64,000 nucleotides of DNA from Antedon mediterranea. Lineage: Eukaryota > Animalia > Echinodermata. Shown here in pieces: positions 28,196-41,009 of this stretch. The notes under the pieces are model-generated. The model did not search any database and was not told the origin of the DNA. It was given only the letters and a program-made list of their open reading frames with translations. The stretch covers positions 7,502,001-7,566,000 of the forward strand of contig NC_092671.1 in NCBI RefSeq assembly GCF_964355755.1. The letters run 5' to 3'. How positions within the stretch are numbered: the stretch's first letter is position 1; every line of letters begins with the position of its first letter. A program made the position numbers and the translations under genes.

Positions 28196-29086
28196 TATTA
28201 TAAAAACATCTTTTAAATGACTATAGATGTTAGATTATACATTACATGGATGAATAATATAAAGGAATTTAATTTACAACTTAAATAGTTTTTTTTTATT
28301 CTCTAATATTTATAAATATGATCTAAAAGCAATTTGAATTGTTTTGTTACCTTATACTATGCATTCTTTTGCATTATTCAGGAACATTCATTTCCTTTAA
28401 AATTCCCCACCTTAGGCAAGTCCACGTAGACTGTATTCCTCATGTTTCTACTCCAATTTTTCTTTACTATCATCTTTTAATAAGAGTTTAACCAGTTTGT
28501 GCTGACAGAAGAAGCCATTAAGGACATTCTCGTAAACAGTCGTAAACAGCTAAGATATCCTCCTGTTACAACCGCCTTAGGTGTTATACCTGCATGTATC
28601 ATGTTCCTTATAGTTATTGGCATGAATAATTGCTAAATTCTAAGATCCATCTTTCGTATCGGTTTCACTTCAGGTAAAAAGTTTGGGTTTTTCCGTTATA
28701 GGAGAGTTGATGTGTTGTTAATTCATGTAACTGGTAAACCTGTTTGACATGACCTTTAACCTTTCATGTAACACATGATTCCTAAAGCTGTCATCTTCGG
28801 TTTAAGATGCCAAAATAAGAAAACCTAATCCTTTTCAAGACAATAATTCATTAATTTTCTATCGTAAGTGGGAAGAGAAAATTCTCTATATGACACTTGA
28901 ATATTAACATTTTATTAATGTAAAAAATGTCATAGAAACGTAGGAGTTAGATTTGCATACAGTTTGTCTTGCAATAAATAAAATGACACAAATTGATAAT
29001 TTTTCTATGTCAGATGTATGGTGATAAGATAACAACCACAGAGCTGAAGTTGGATTCAGTTAAAAGACCTGATGTAATCAGCCATT

Positions 29087-29242
29087 AAAAGTGGCCATCA
29101 AATATGTTTTACTATCTTATATGAAGGAATAAAAAACAAAACTATATAATCAATCCAATTGATGGTCAAAAGTGGCTATCAAATATTTTTCACTATCTAT
29201 AATTACTGTATATGAAAGAATAAAAAAACAAAATCTATATAA
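29087..29242. repeat. Diverged local duplication (~65-75 bp x2)
   Basis: AAAAGTGGCYATCAAATAT...ACTATCT...TATATGAARGAATAAAAAA..CAAAA.CTATATAA at 29087 and 29168. Confidence 0.8.
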
Positions 29243-31663
29243 CCCTTATATTAATCCATGTGGTGGTTTAAAAGCCATTGGAGCACAATTATAAAGCAAG
29301 CCTTATAGTATGAGAAAATAAAAAGATAGTGTGTGTGTTCATTTATTGGCTAGCTTTCCTAATCAAAACACTCTCCTTCACTATTCAAAACGAGACATGA
29401 CATGTATGATTAATACGAAATCTGTTTAGGATAAAGTGGTACTCGATTGTAAAAGAACATCTTCAGTATCTCTCTACGATACAAAGGTTTTCTAATTATA
29501 TGTATTCGTTGTTGTTAAACCCCTCACAAATTTCCTACGTAATTATGGAAATGATAGATTTTGTGCAGCAGCAGTTGTAGCAGTTTGAGATATATTGTAC
29601 CATTTGAAATCTTGTTTACTTCCTTTGTTCATTTATAAGATTTACCTTTATTTTTTCTTTTATGATTATCAATACATTGTCTATTCTATCAATACATCTA
29701 TTTCATCTAAAGCAGCAGGTGTTTAGAAAGGTTACATTGTTATTACCTTTGTTTGATTCACAACGCCCCCTTTTCTCTTGACTCTAAACATCTACTCTTA
29801 CCTTTAATTTAATTAAATTGAATTTAAATGTCAAAATATATTTGAAAAACTGTTGTACTTTACGTACCAATCAAATTAATTGTTACACCAGTGGTCATAA
29901 TTTTAATTTTCGTTATTCCTCCTAGAATAATAATAAAACAAATATTTATTCTTTTGTTCAGTTTTTTTAGCTTAAAGTATTTTTACAAACTTTAGAAAGG
30001 TTATACGAAGAACGTGCCATGATGCTAGAATACATGGCTTGTAAAACTGATGAAATTACTGATAATTGAGCTTTGCTCACACCAGATAACTTACTGAGGA
30101 ATGCATTGCATCGTAGTAAGCATAGTTGCCTAGCAATACACAATTTAGACCACCAGTTGATGAAAATTGTAGTGAAATTTGACCCATTTTACTTAGAATG
30201 ACTTTATTAGTTTTAAAGTGAGATGGGAACGATTGTGTTGATCGATCCTTCTCACTTCCATAAAAAAGTGATTTAGGTAAGTTTGAATACTCAGTGTGTA
30301 AAAGGGAAAGTAAACTTTGCCCGATTTTCTTTATTAATGTTATAAATAGATAGCTTACTCTATTTATTTTGATGTTTAGTCTTGAATAGTGTTTGGCCTC
30401 CCTTGAATTATTTTAAACATGATTACATTGTATATTTCAGATAAACTGTGTCACTTTATTTCTTTATTTATCAACTGGTATTTTAAGGAGTTGTGACCTT
30501 TTTGTGACTAGTATTACTTAGTAATTACCCTTCAGTATTATACTGTGATTCAGAACAGATTTAAAGATGCAATTGCATAATTGTGACACCTCACCAATAG
30601 CAGTTCATCTCACAATTGTTGTCCGTTGTATCTATTTATTATTACGTTTTAAGTTTAGGCCTATTACATCAGAATTGCTAAACAACCCATAAGTGCTAAA
30701 GTGAATGTATTTCCGAGAGGTTGGCAAATCCGCGTATAAACTCATCTGGAGATTTTGTATGTAGACGTTATTGGGAAATTACCAATTTCCAATTACCACA
30801 AAGATTTATATACTGTAACATACAGTAACTGGAAATATACTTTTGAATGATTATATGTTAAACTATCCAAGCAGTAACGTATTATCCCTGGTTAACATGT
30901 TGGACTTGGAGGAGAATGCTAATTACCTTGTGGCCCACACAGTCCATCCTACTGTAGTAATCTATAAACATATTACGCTCTTATCTCTATGGTGTGCTTT
31001 AAAATATATCAAGAAACATAATTTAATGAACGAATGGTTTATGTCATTGATAATTGTTCTCGTGGGTGTTTTGATCAGAAAATGTCCCGAAAGTTAAATT
31101 TCATGTAGATTGGTAATAATATTTTAGGCATATATACACGTTTAGATGGCTTTATCTATAGGAATCTCATCAAATAAATAGATTAATGTGTTTTCTATTA
31201 GCATTACAGTTTTTTTAACATATCTGTAAATTCATAAAATGTTCATATTGTTATATTATTTGTTTGGTCTGTCAGGCCTGCGGGCTATACTTTTGTCATC
31301 CTTAGCTAACGATGAAATTCATATTTGTATTGTTTTTTGTATTGTTTTATTGGATGATATGAATAAATGTACATCCAACATTTGATAATGATACTCATGG
31401 TAATAATACAAATACAGGTTACAATATTCAGTCGTAACATAACATAACAGATATGTTTGTCGTTGCGCACATACACAGAGCATTTAGCAGCATGTGTACA
31501 ACACTATTCTAGTGCTCCAACCATATCACATGTTGTGATTTTTTATGATGATATTATTTAAATACATATATTTTGTTTCTTTTGTAGCTTTCTTCCTGGT
31601 TCCTGTTCTTAACCTAAATTCATATCCATTGTTGATTGGTCCTTTATCTTACCATATATCATT

Positions 31664-31738
31664 ATGACATCAGAAGACAAGATGACTGGTGAAAGTCCCG
31701 CAGTAACTCTCACTATTCGCCTCGTAATGCTTGGAAAG
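31664..31738 (+). CDS. PCBP3: PCBP coding exon 1 (MTSEDKMTGESPAVTLTIRLVMLGK); the exon begins at 31588 with 76 nt of 5'UTR
   Basis: Acceptor ttttgtttcttttgtag ends at 31587; ATG at 31664 (second in-frame ATG at 31682); donor AAG|gtaggt; TLTIRL..GK is KH1 beta1. Confidence 0.9.
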
Positions 31739-33568
31739 GTAGGTTAAAGTTATTACATTTGAAAATCGTCCCCTAGTAGCAAATCATCTAGTAGGCATTG
31801 TATTATGAAATTCGATGTTCAATCACCAAAATCGTGCAAATAAAGGAAACACGAAAATTTTGGTTTTACAGTATATTGAATAACAAAGTATGACTCTTTA
31901 AGCACAAAAAGTTATTTCAAAAGGGGTCATTCTCTGGCTGGGCCTAAATAGATTTTTAGTTCAGTTTCTTCAAAACATAAAAACAGAAATAATTCAGTAT
32001 TTAAAGTCAATTAATACAATAATGTAAGAACATGAAATCTGAGGTTCTTTACCTAATTTGAAAATGGAAGAGTGACTAAAGTCAAGAACCTCTTGTTTTA
32101 ATTGTTAATTTAATAATGGAATAGCAGTGGATGACCAATTCAAAAGCGGTCCTTCTCTGGCTGTTGGTCTTTAGATTTTTAGAAACGTCTGCATAACGTC
32201 TCTCATATTAATCCATAATAATAACTGAATGGATTGTGGTTATATTTTTTCTTACAAATATCATGTTTGTATTCAGAATATTCTTCTTCCTTCCCAAGTG
32301 TATTTTTGAAACTCTTTAGTTGGTAATTAAATATTTAGTAGTTTGTCTGGTCTTGATTAGATTTCACAGTTCTTATGACTGAAATTCATAGATATCTTTC
32401 TAGATGATAATAAAGCAAATTACAATTTGTTATGACCTTTACCACCATACATATGTTTATAAGTCAATTAAAGATTAACTGTCTTTCATGAAATTAGACA
32501 AAATATAAGTATGTTTGTTTCCCAAAAGAGAAGAAAATTCTGCTACAACCATCTTCTCCAGAAGCATATCAACCGAAACTTGTATACAAAATTAAATTTA
32601 AATATTATTTATTTCTATAATACATCTTGTTATTGTTGGGTCTATCCCTTGTGCCTGTTTTTTTTATACAGGTAAATTATTAAAAACACATATACTATAG
32701 AAATGTTTAATCATTGATAATGTTTTGTACATCAAACGTTTTTGCCGATTTTCTTTTACTGGAAGTACAATACAATGATATCATAGACAAATTAAAATAT
32801 CTACTTTTAAACAAAGAAGCGTATTAAATGCATTTATGCTAAAGTTACATAATTATAATATATCAGCCTTGAGTTAATGGAATAATGTACGAAAAGAAAT
32901 CTTGTATTTCACTTAATTGCTCATCTTAATGTATTGTTTTAAGATATCTGTACATGTAACCATATACACCTAAATATATTGCACAAAAATATAAAGCATA
33001 AATTGTTCTAAATATATAAAATTGTCTGATTAAATGATTTATTGGTTTCTGTTGCACAAAAATCAAGAAAAACATTGCCTTTAGTGGATTTGAAATTGGT
33101 TTTCTCCTTTAAAAAATAGATTTTAGTGCATGTTAGCAACTATCTTTTGGACTTCTTTCAAATTGTAAGTGTAAAAAAATGGTATTGTGGTATAGCTTCT
33201 CTGATTTTAGAATTTGGAACAGTCAAGGAAGTTATCACAATGCTCTTGTGATGTGAGATGTTTGTTGCGCTCTGTTGAATTCATTTTTTTTTAATCATAA
33301 AGTGAAAAGTCCACTGATCCCATGTTTTGTTGTCATACTTAACCTTTAACAAATTAAAATTACATAGGTTAGTGAATCCTTTCTAGAAAAAATTAGTGAA
33401 AGTATGTGTTACACGCATTATGGATGAAATTTGATATTTCGTTTTTGATAATAATATGTCATTTTTTATTATGCGCTTATTTAAAAACATCTTGTTACAA
33501 TTTCAATCTGTAACATATACTCTATTAAATATTCCCTTCTCAAGGACAATGCCAGGGTATGATTGTAA

Positions 33569-33708
33569 AGCTCCGTCTACACTATCAAACTTTATGTTAC
33601 AAAAAAATGTGATGTGCCCATATATGGACATCATGATGTCATATCACTACCATATTTGAGCACATCACACTATTTTTGTCAAATTAGTTTGATAGTGTAG
33701 AAAGTGCT
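33569..33708 (+). mobile_element. MITE family A full-length copy (140 bp)
   Basis: TAA TSD at 33566-68 and 33709-11; both TIRs present. Confidence 0.9.
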
Positions 33709-33771
33709 TAAAAGGATCACAATATTTTTATTATATTTATAATTTAATATACCTCCTTTTTTTCATTTCAG

Positions 33772-33795
33772 GAAGTTGGCAGTATTATCGGAAAG
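33772..33795 (+). CDS. PCBP3: PCBP coding exon 2, 24-nt microexon (EVGSIIGK)
   Basis: tttttttcatttcag|GAAGTTGGCAGTATTATCGGAAAG|gtgcgt; matches the KH1 EVGSIIGK motif. Confidence 0.93.
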
Positions 33796-33880
33796 GTGCG
33801 TATACTTTATTTTAATTAGAACAAAATAACGAGTTGATGATATTGATAATGATATCGATGCTGTTGATGATGAGGTGGCT

Positions 33881-34033
33881 GGCCTTGCAGTATCAGTTGC
33901 CCTCTGTTCCAGAACAACCAAAGATTTACTTTGGGCAACCAAGATTAACGATGTTTCGTACCAGTTTCGGCCACCAAGAATGAGGCCAACTGAATATCAG
34001 ACAAAAAACACAAAATCTCGGTTCTGCAAGGCC
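33881..34033. mobile_element. 153-bp MITE-like foldback element inserted in a (GAT)n-rich tract
   Basis: Perfect 10-bp TIR GGCCTTGCAG / CTGCAAGGCC; GC-richer than the flanks; TSD not resolved. Confidence 0.6.
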
Positions 34034-34662
34034 TTATGTTCTGGTGATGATGGTTGTTGTTGTTATGATGCCTAGATGATGGAATAACTTGCCAATGATG
34101 GCGGAGATGATAAGGGCCTGTTCTATATCATTTCATACCATTAGGGGGTTCTAACCTATTTTATTTCATTGAGCAGATATTAAATTAGGTTAAATTTCAA
34201 TTAATAGACATTAGTAGCATTACAGTAAGTATTTACAAGCATTATATTACAAATAGCGTTACATCAACTATGGATTTTGTGAGTGCATTCTGCACAATAT
34301 TAAGTAGACTCATATACTAGGTTGGTCCGCGGTCACACAATTCTCAAGTAAATCCAATTAAGTTCCAATAAATGAGCTCTAATCAGGTTACAGCTTGGAT
34401 TCTTGTTGATGATGTGAAGGCATATACTGTTTCCTTTACGTTGTTTTGTGTGTTAGTCGATTATGGAAATTTTTGTCGCTGGATATTCTGTTGATCACTA
34501 TAATGAGGAATGATATCACTATCTTCTTCTTACTGTAGATGCAAACTACAAACATGCTTTTAATCCTCGTGATTTAATTATTACTTATTATCATCTTTAT
34601 CAATCCCACAAAAGATCGTCATTATTATTATCATTAGATATGATCATCTATACACCACTAAA

Positions 34663-34684
34663 ATTCATTCATTCATTCATTCAT
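34663..34684 (+). repeat. (ATTC)5 microsatellite
   Basis: ATTCATTCATTCATTCATTCAT. Confidence 0.9.
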
Positions 34685-36922
34685 CAGGACAATAGTGTAA
34701 TGTCAGTGTCAATATCACAAATGTGAAAAATTTAATAAAAAGAATCTCCTATGATTTTTTTAAAGACCAATTCAGCACTTTTTACTTGAATATAGGGTAA
34801 AATACACCCAATCAGCATTACTATTAATAGTACTATAGTAATGAACTATATTTACATGCACATCTTATGAGATATTAAATAAAAATAATATACTGATATT
34901 TGTCATCACTTATTTTTATAACCACGCCAGATATATTTAGTAGATTTCCACATAAAATAAATGATTTATTTCATAGATACAAGAACATTTTCACCACCAC
35001 CCAACAAACACATTTAATCCACCTTTGAAATATATATTTCAGTAATGCGATTCCTAATATCCAACACTGTTAGTTAAAACATTATGCAGTGCTATATTAA
35101 AGGCAATATATCAAATCAATTCACAGAGTGTTAAAACGCTAAGAATTCTATTCATAACAGCGAGTTGAATCCATTACTAAGAATTTTTTATTCCATACCA
35201 ATTTACAATCACGCTGCCTAGTACAAGCATTAGTTATTTATCATTGGTTTGAGAGAGAAATTGTTTTGAAAATGGTGGAAGCGTTCTTTACTACTGTATG
35301 TGCAATTGATTATTGAGATTCTAACTGTAGTACAGTATATGCAATTCTTATTTGAAAGTTGAAATATTTTCAGAATAAATATTTATCCAAATCATTATAT
35401 CATCTACATTTGTGTTTCATTCCCAGTCTCACACACACACATAGAGTAAGCCTGACTGCAAAATATGATTTTGATGTAGATTTTAATAATGTTTTATTAG
35501 CATTCCTTCTTAGATTATAAATTACTAGATTATAGTAACATCTTGCATGTATTTTAAACATTAGTAACAGAAATTCAGCTTAATCGTAAAATATTTTTTG
35601 AACACATGGCATGTCATAACTATACTTGGGATAGAATCACCTAAAATATCTGGGGGGAAAATACAGTACCTAGAGACTGGTGGCAAGTTTAGTTTAAACA
35701 AAAGTATACAGTACTTAACTTTTAAAATAAAATGTTAATATTGTTTTTCAAAATTACAAAGCCATGTTAAAATATCTTTAGTTCAGTTTACATTTGAGAA
35801 GATTTTAAAAACTGTAAATCCCCTATTTAGAAACAAACACTTAAAATTTCCATCTGTTTCCCCCACAACGCATTAGCATCATCAATAAAAACATGCAGTT
35901 TTGTACTTGCGAGTCTTTGTGTTGCTGGCTTTTTTATACACGCATGATGAATGAGATTTGCCGCGAGCATTTCTTCATCGTAACCGATTCTACTGTATTT
36001 CCTGCCACTCTGAATATTCATTTACAGATCTTTATTTCGTGGTGTTCGATGTTAAAATCAATACAGCAGGTAACACATTATGTCTATCACATGCTTGATA
36101 CGCAAACACCAACAACATTAAAGATATAGCTTATTACAATACAAGTCAGACTTTCTTTCCATTTCATTACATTTTATTACAATTTGTAACATATTATTTC
36201 AATAAGAAACATTTTTGTGTAGGATGTGCAGATTTCTTTTTTTCTTTTTCTACTTAATCTTTGTGTAGGATATTGATAGATTGCATATTATTTCATAAAA
36301 TTGTTTAAATAAGTAATGGAATGTTGACTGTATGATAACCCCAACATATTATTAACATTTCATAAAGCGAGATTTTTTTTTTCGACCTATAGTTACTTTT
36401 TAACAAATGAAATGAAAAAAAAAGATTTATTTACAAATGGTTGAAAATTTATTAAAAATCATTAAATGAAATATATTTGCTGCTGTTTATTATGTTAGCC
36501 CAACCATGCTTGAGGCAGTTGCCATAACAACAGTAATCAATAGCGCCACCTGCCTTGGTCTATTCATATCCTGTTTTCAAGATTTTGTTTTATTGTGTAT
36601 TTATTAGTGTCATCTTTTTTTACCTGGTCATCTCTTACTAAGTTTGTTTATGATTGCATGTTCTCATAGATTTCTGGCATTACATTTGTAATGGAACAAA
36701 GGAACCAAAAAAGATTTACAAGGACATGTAGACACTAACAATAACAAACCATCCTGTCCTAAACAGACAAAAATGGAAACAAACTCTGGAAAGTGTAACA
36801 TTGGAAAACAGAGAGAAACGGAAATACTGAAATCTAGAAAATTGCTTTAAAACCCCAGTCGTTTGTGGAGTTTTTGTTTTCTTTGTAGAGAAATATACAA
36901 TTTTAGAATTTAAACATTCAGC

Positions 36923-37225
36923 GAGTCAAATGGCCGAGCGGTTAAGGCAGGGGCGCCGTTTACCTACCTAAAGAGCCAACAACATCGGCAGGAGTTCGAG
37001 GCCGACTAGCTCCTAGTTCCTAGGACTATAAACCTTATGCAAGTCCAGTGTACACAGGTATAACCTGTGTACACTTTAAGAACCCAGTTCAGTACCCAGA
37101 ATAGTAGTGGAATACCCCAGTGAACTGGTTCACAAAATAGCCCCTGTATCAGGGGGGATTACCACCTGATAGCACAGTGATACATTTACTATTGGCCACA
37201 TTGCCTAAAGACATAAAATAAATAA
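36923..37225 (+). mobile_element. tRNA-derived SINE (~300 bp) with Deu/Nin-like core
   Basis: A box TGGCCGAGCGG (36931), B box GGAGTTCGAGGCC (~36991), core-like GGACTATAAACC...TTAAGAACCC, A-rich tail AAAATAAATAA; does not fold as an intact tRNA. Confidence 0.8.
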
Positions 37226-38267
37226 TCAGTATGTGTATATAACACCTTTCACATGAACTAAAAAGCTGTTGTGTTTACACACTCTGTGGCACACATTCAA
37301 AACTCCGGTGTTGACAGCCTTGTGTGTGTAACTCATTAAACTCTTGGAGTTGCTCATGACCAGAAGTCTACATTTTTTTACACAAACTGTACAAAAAAGT
37401 CACATGTTGAGTTAAAATAGTGAGAGTTCTATAAATTATGTAGGCCTGTGTTTGTAGAAAATCATGTAAGTTACACCAATGGATGTCATGAGCGTTGAAC
37501 TTAGGCCCACAATATGATATTACTCTTCTCTTTTGAAATTTATCCTTATTAGTCAAATTAAGAAACTAATCATAAATTTTATTAGAAAAACCATTGAGTA
37601 GTGAGAATTAAACATGTTTCAATTTATTCCGAAAGAAAAAGACATTCTAATTTCGAGAAGTATTGTAGAATAATAACGTAACCTACATCTAAGCATGCTA
37701 GCACGTTCATTTTGCAGCATACAAATATATTTTTATGATAAAAAATATTATTATTATAAAAAATCTGTTTGTGCATCTAACAATGATATCTGTATTGGTA
37801 GGTTTATTGATTTGAAAAGGCAGTAAAAATATTCTTAATAACAATAATGTATTGTTGTAGAAAGACAAATCACATACGTAATACACCAGCTGCTCTGTAC
37901 ATCCCTTGATAAAGAATAGTTTTAATAACAACTTGCATGTTTTACTTGGACGTTAAATCTAAGTAAATGCCAAGTAGTTTCTATTTTGATTCTAGACAAT
38001 AGTAGCGTGCATGCACCTTCAACACAGAAAAATGATGAATGTGTTGGGAGGTTATCTACACATCCTTTTTACTTTATTTTTTTAGTATGATTAATAATTT
38101 TGGCGTCATTGCTTCTTTTAAGTAGTGTAACACATGGTACAGAAGAAGTGATGTTCTTCAACACAGCCACCTGATAATTTATATTATTCCCTCGGTCTTC
38201 ATTTCTAGATACATTAAACAATTTATAAATTTTAAATATTGATATCAGTATATTAAGATATTTTAAA

Positions 38268-38484
38268 TTGTTCATATAGTAGTAGTTTAATCCAAGTTTC
38301 CAGGATTTCATCAATTCTACGATTATCTAAGAAAATAAAGATGATGCTGATGCTGTACATGAAAATATTTTTTATTCTAAGGAATTAATTGATACCTGCT
38401 ATATTATAAGTTGTTCATATAGTAGTATTTTAACAAGAATTTCAGCAATTTTACAATAAGATAAAAAAAGATGATGCTAATGCT
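38268..38484. repeat. Diverged local duplication (~80 bp x2)
   Basis: TTGTTCATATAGTAGTA...AAAGATGATGCT.ATGCT at 38268 and 38411. Confidence 0.75.
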
Positions 38485-40976
38485 ACCACCATACATTCAC
38501 ACATAACAATGTTAGAGGCCGGTCGTTGACCTGTGATTTGTCTACCCCCTATTGGTCGGTATTTCGTAGATTAATCCGTTCTTAGCATCAAACCTTGGTG
38601 TGATAGTAAAAAGTTCACCGAGATATCAGTTTGAGGTCTGATATTAAATATCTCCCGCCCTTGAAAGGCTCAATGTTGTTTATTATCATTAGATTTTAAA
38701 TAAATTTATAAAATTTGTGTGGGATTTTGAATTTATTATATTATTTTGGAAATTATACTCATTTTTATAAATAATTGATAAGCTAGCATGAATATTTCAA
38801 ATTAAGTTAATAATTGTGAAGATAATAGATATATTAAACCAGTTGTATCTTTTTTGGGGAATATTGTCAATATATATTTAATTGAAGAGTCATAAAGAAT
38901 TGAACAATTATATGTGATTAGGATTGTAACAATGACTATTTTTATAATAGCAATACTGATAATAGAAATGCTAGATGAATTATAATATCTAGAAATAGTA
39001 AAAATAAAAACTGTCACTTCAACGTGATACAATCATCATAATCAAATATGAACACAGAATGATTGAATTGCTCCAAGGAGCTTACAGAAAACACTCTAGG
39101 CCTAGATAAGTCCCTGAGACGCACAGAGGTAGGCCGAGAATCTGACATTGGCAATGCATAGAGCTAGGCTTGAGATAATATATCGGTTAGGTTACTGCAG
39201 TGGTAATGAGATGCCAGGGAAGTAGGGCAATGTGTCTTCTACAGCAAATACTAACACAGCATCAACAAGCCTGTAGCTAAGTTGCGAGAAATGACCAGGA
39301 ATGTGAAGAGAATTTTCATTAACAATTATAGTTTCTGTGGATTTTGTTCACAAAAGTTGTTGTCGCACATAATAAACTGGTATTCAACACACCTGCATGT
39401 ACACACATGTATGTGCACATGTATGCTAATAACACCTCTATGTTTAGATCTTAAATCTGTATGTAAATTTTCAAAAGCCTGTGAGTTGTTTGTCAATTTC
39501 ACAAATTTAATAGTATATACTGTAGCTGTAATCAAATATTTGTGATACAATTATTAAATTGTCAACTATTACGTAAAAAGTAACAGTTATAAAAACAACA
39601 TAAACTGTACTACATTGGGTTGTTATTGCTCCAAAAATCATAGTACTTTTTGATTTGGGCATTCATGTCAAAAATCAAAAAGTACTATTGGAGTTGATTT
39701 ATTCATGTGCACGTCAATTAGTTATTATTAGTTATTATTAGTTATTAGTACGTTACGCCCCTGTAATTTTTATAAATACACCCTTGTAAAATTAGGAAAT
39801 GAGAATTGGCAATGCCGGTGCTATTGCTGACCATTTAAAGTATTTGTTGGACATTTGTGACAACGATTGATGATGAAAATTATGTTAGATTGACCCATGA
39901 CAATTGTTGATAAAATTGTTAAAGATTGTTATGAAATTGAATATTGAGTGATTGACAGAAAGATATTGATGGTTGCAATGATTTATTATACAACTAATTT
40001 AATTAAAGGTTAAACATACAAACACACAATAAAACACAAACTAAATTAATTTTATGCATAATATCACGTAAAGAGAAACCCAGTAACACTTTAAAATATA
40101 TATTAGTTAAAATTATTTTCAGCACACGAGCTAATATGTGTATTGAACATTTCTAATACAGTTAATTATTAATAGATGTTATTATTCATTGATAATTAGA
40201 AACTAATTTGGATTATTAATTATTTATATAATTGATGTGTCCTCATGTGCACTGTAATTTCAGTTTAGAATTATAATGTAAATCATTCATTGCGTGTTAT
40301 ATGCACTTGAGTCATTGTAATATTATTATTGATAACATTAATATAACGATTTCCTTAATGGATTTCAATTATATTTTTTAAATCATATCTAATTGATTGT
40401 CATAGTATTTAATTGTATTTATGTTGTTCAATTATTACTATTTGGTAAAATACTCCTTGGGAGAAAAATAATGTTGGCCAAACAATTGAAGAAGAAGAAA
40501 TTTGCATTTAGTTTTTTATAATCAAATCTTAAGAAAACATAATTTAATGTATGAACTGCCTTTATATCACATTCCCAAGACAGCCATTGCTGTTTCACAA
40601 TTACTTACAAAAACTCTACTAGTGCTATTTTGGTTTAAAGATATTGTCATTAAACAGGTATACAAAGATGCCGAAAGTAGACAAAACATTAATTAAACAA
40701 ACAAAATGTTCATATAAACTGGGTAAGACATTCCCGAGATGGTAATTGTCTTCTTAGTTGCTAAAAGATCATGTAGTAATACTCCATGCTAAGATGTAAG
40801 TTTCCGACTTACAGCCCGTAACCTTGACTTAAACATAACATGCGATTGATTCAAATTAGGCATAAAATGAATTAATGTATTATACATATTTGTCAATTCA
40901 GTACCATCTGTTGTGTGCACATCATTAGAGGTAGATATTAATGTATAATAATGTCGTTTATTTCTTTCTTCTGCAG

Positions 40977-41009
40977 AAAGGTGACACTGTAAAGAAGTTC
41001 CGAGAGGAG
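40977..41009 (+). CDS. PCBP3: PCBP coding exon 3, 33-nt microexon (KGDTVKKFREE)
   Basis: tttctttcttctgcag|AAAGGT...GAGGAG|gtgagt; completes the GKKG loop and helix 2 of KH1. Confidence 0.93.

Noticed and set aside
36925-37010. Functional tRNA-Leu/Ser gene
   Set aside because: A/B boxes are present but acceptor and anticodon stems do not pair, and it continues into a SINE body and A-rich tail.
39394-39426. 33-nt alternating purine-pyrimidine tract (Z-DNA candidate)
   Set aside because: Contains many AT/TA steps and no CG steps; likely a simple decayed (CA/TG) repeat.
40977-40986. Recursive or alternative donor AAG|GTGACA four nt into exon 3
   Set aside because: Weak match, and the sequence is fully explained by the conserved K-G-D codons.
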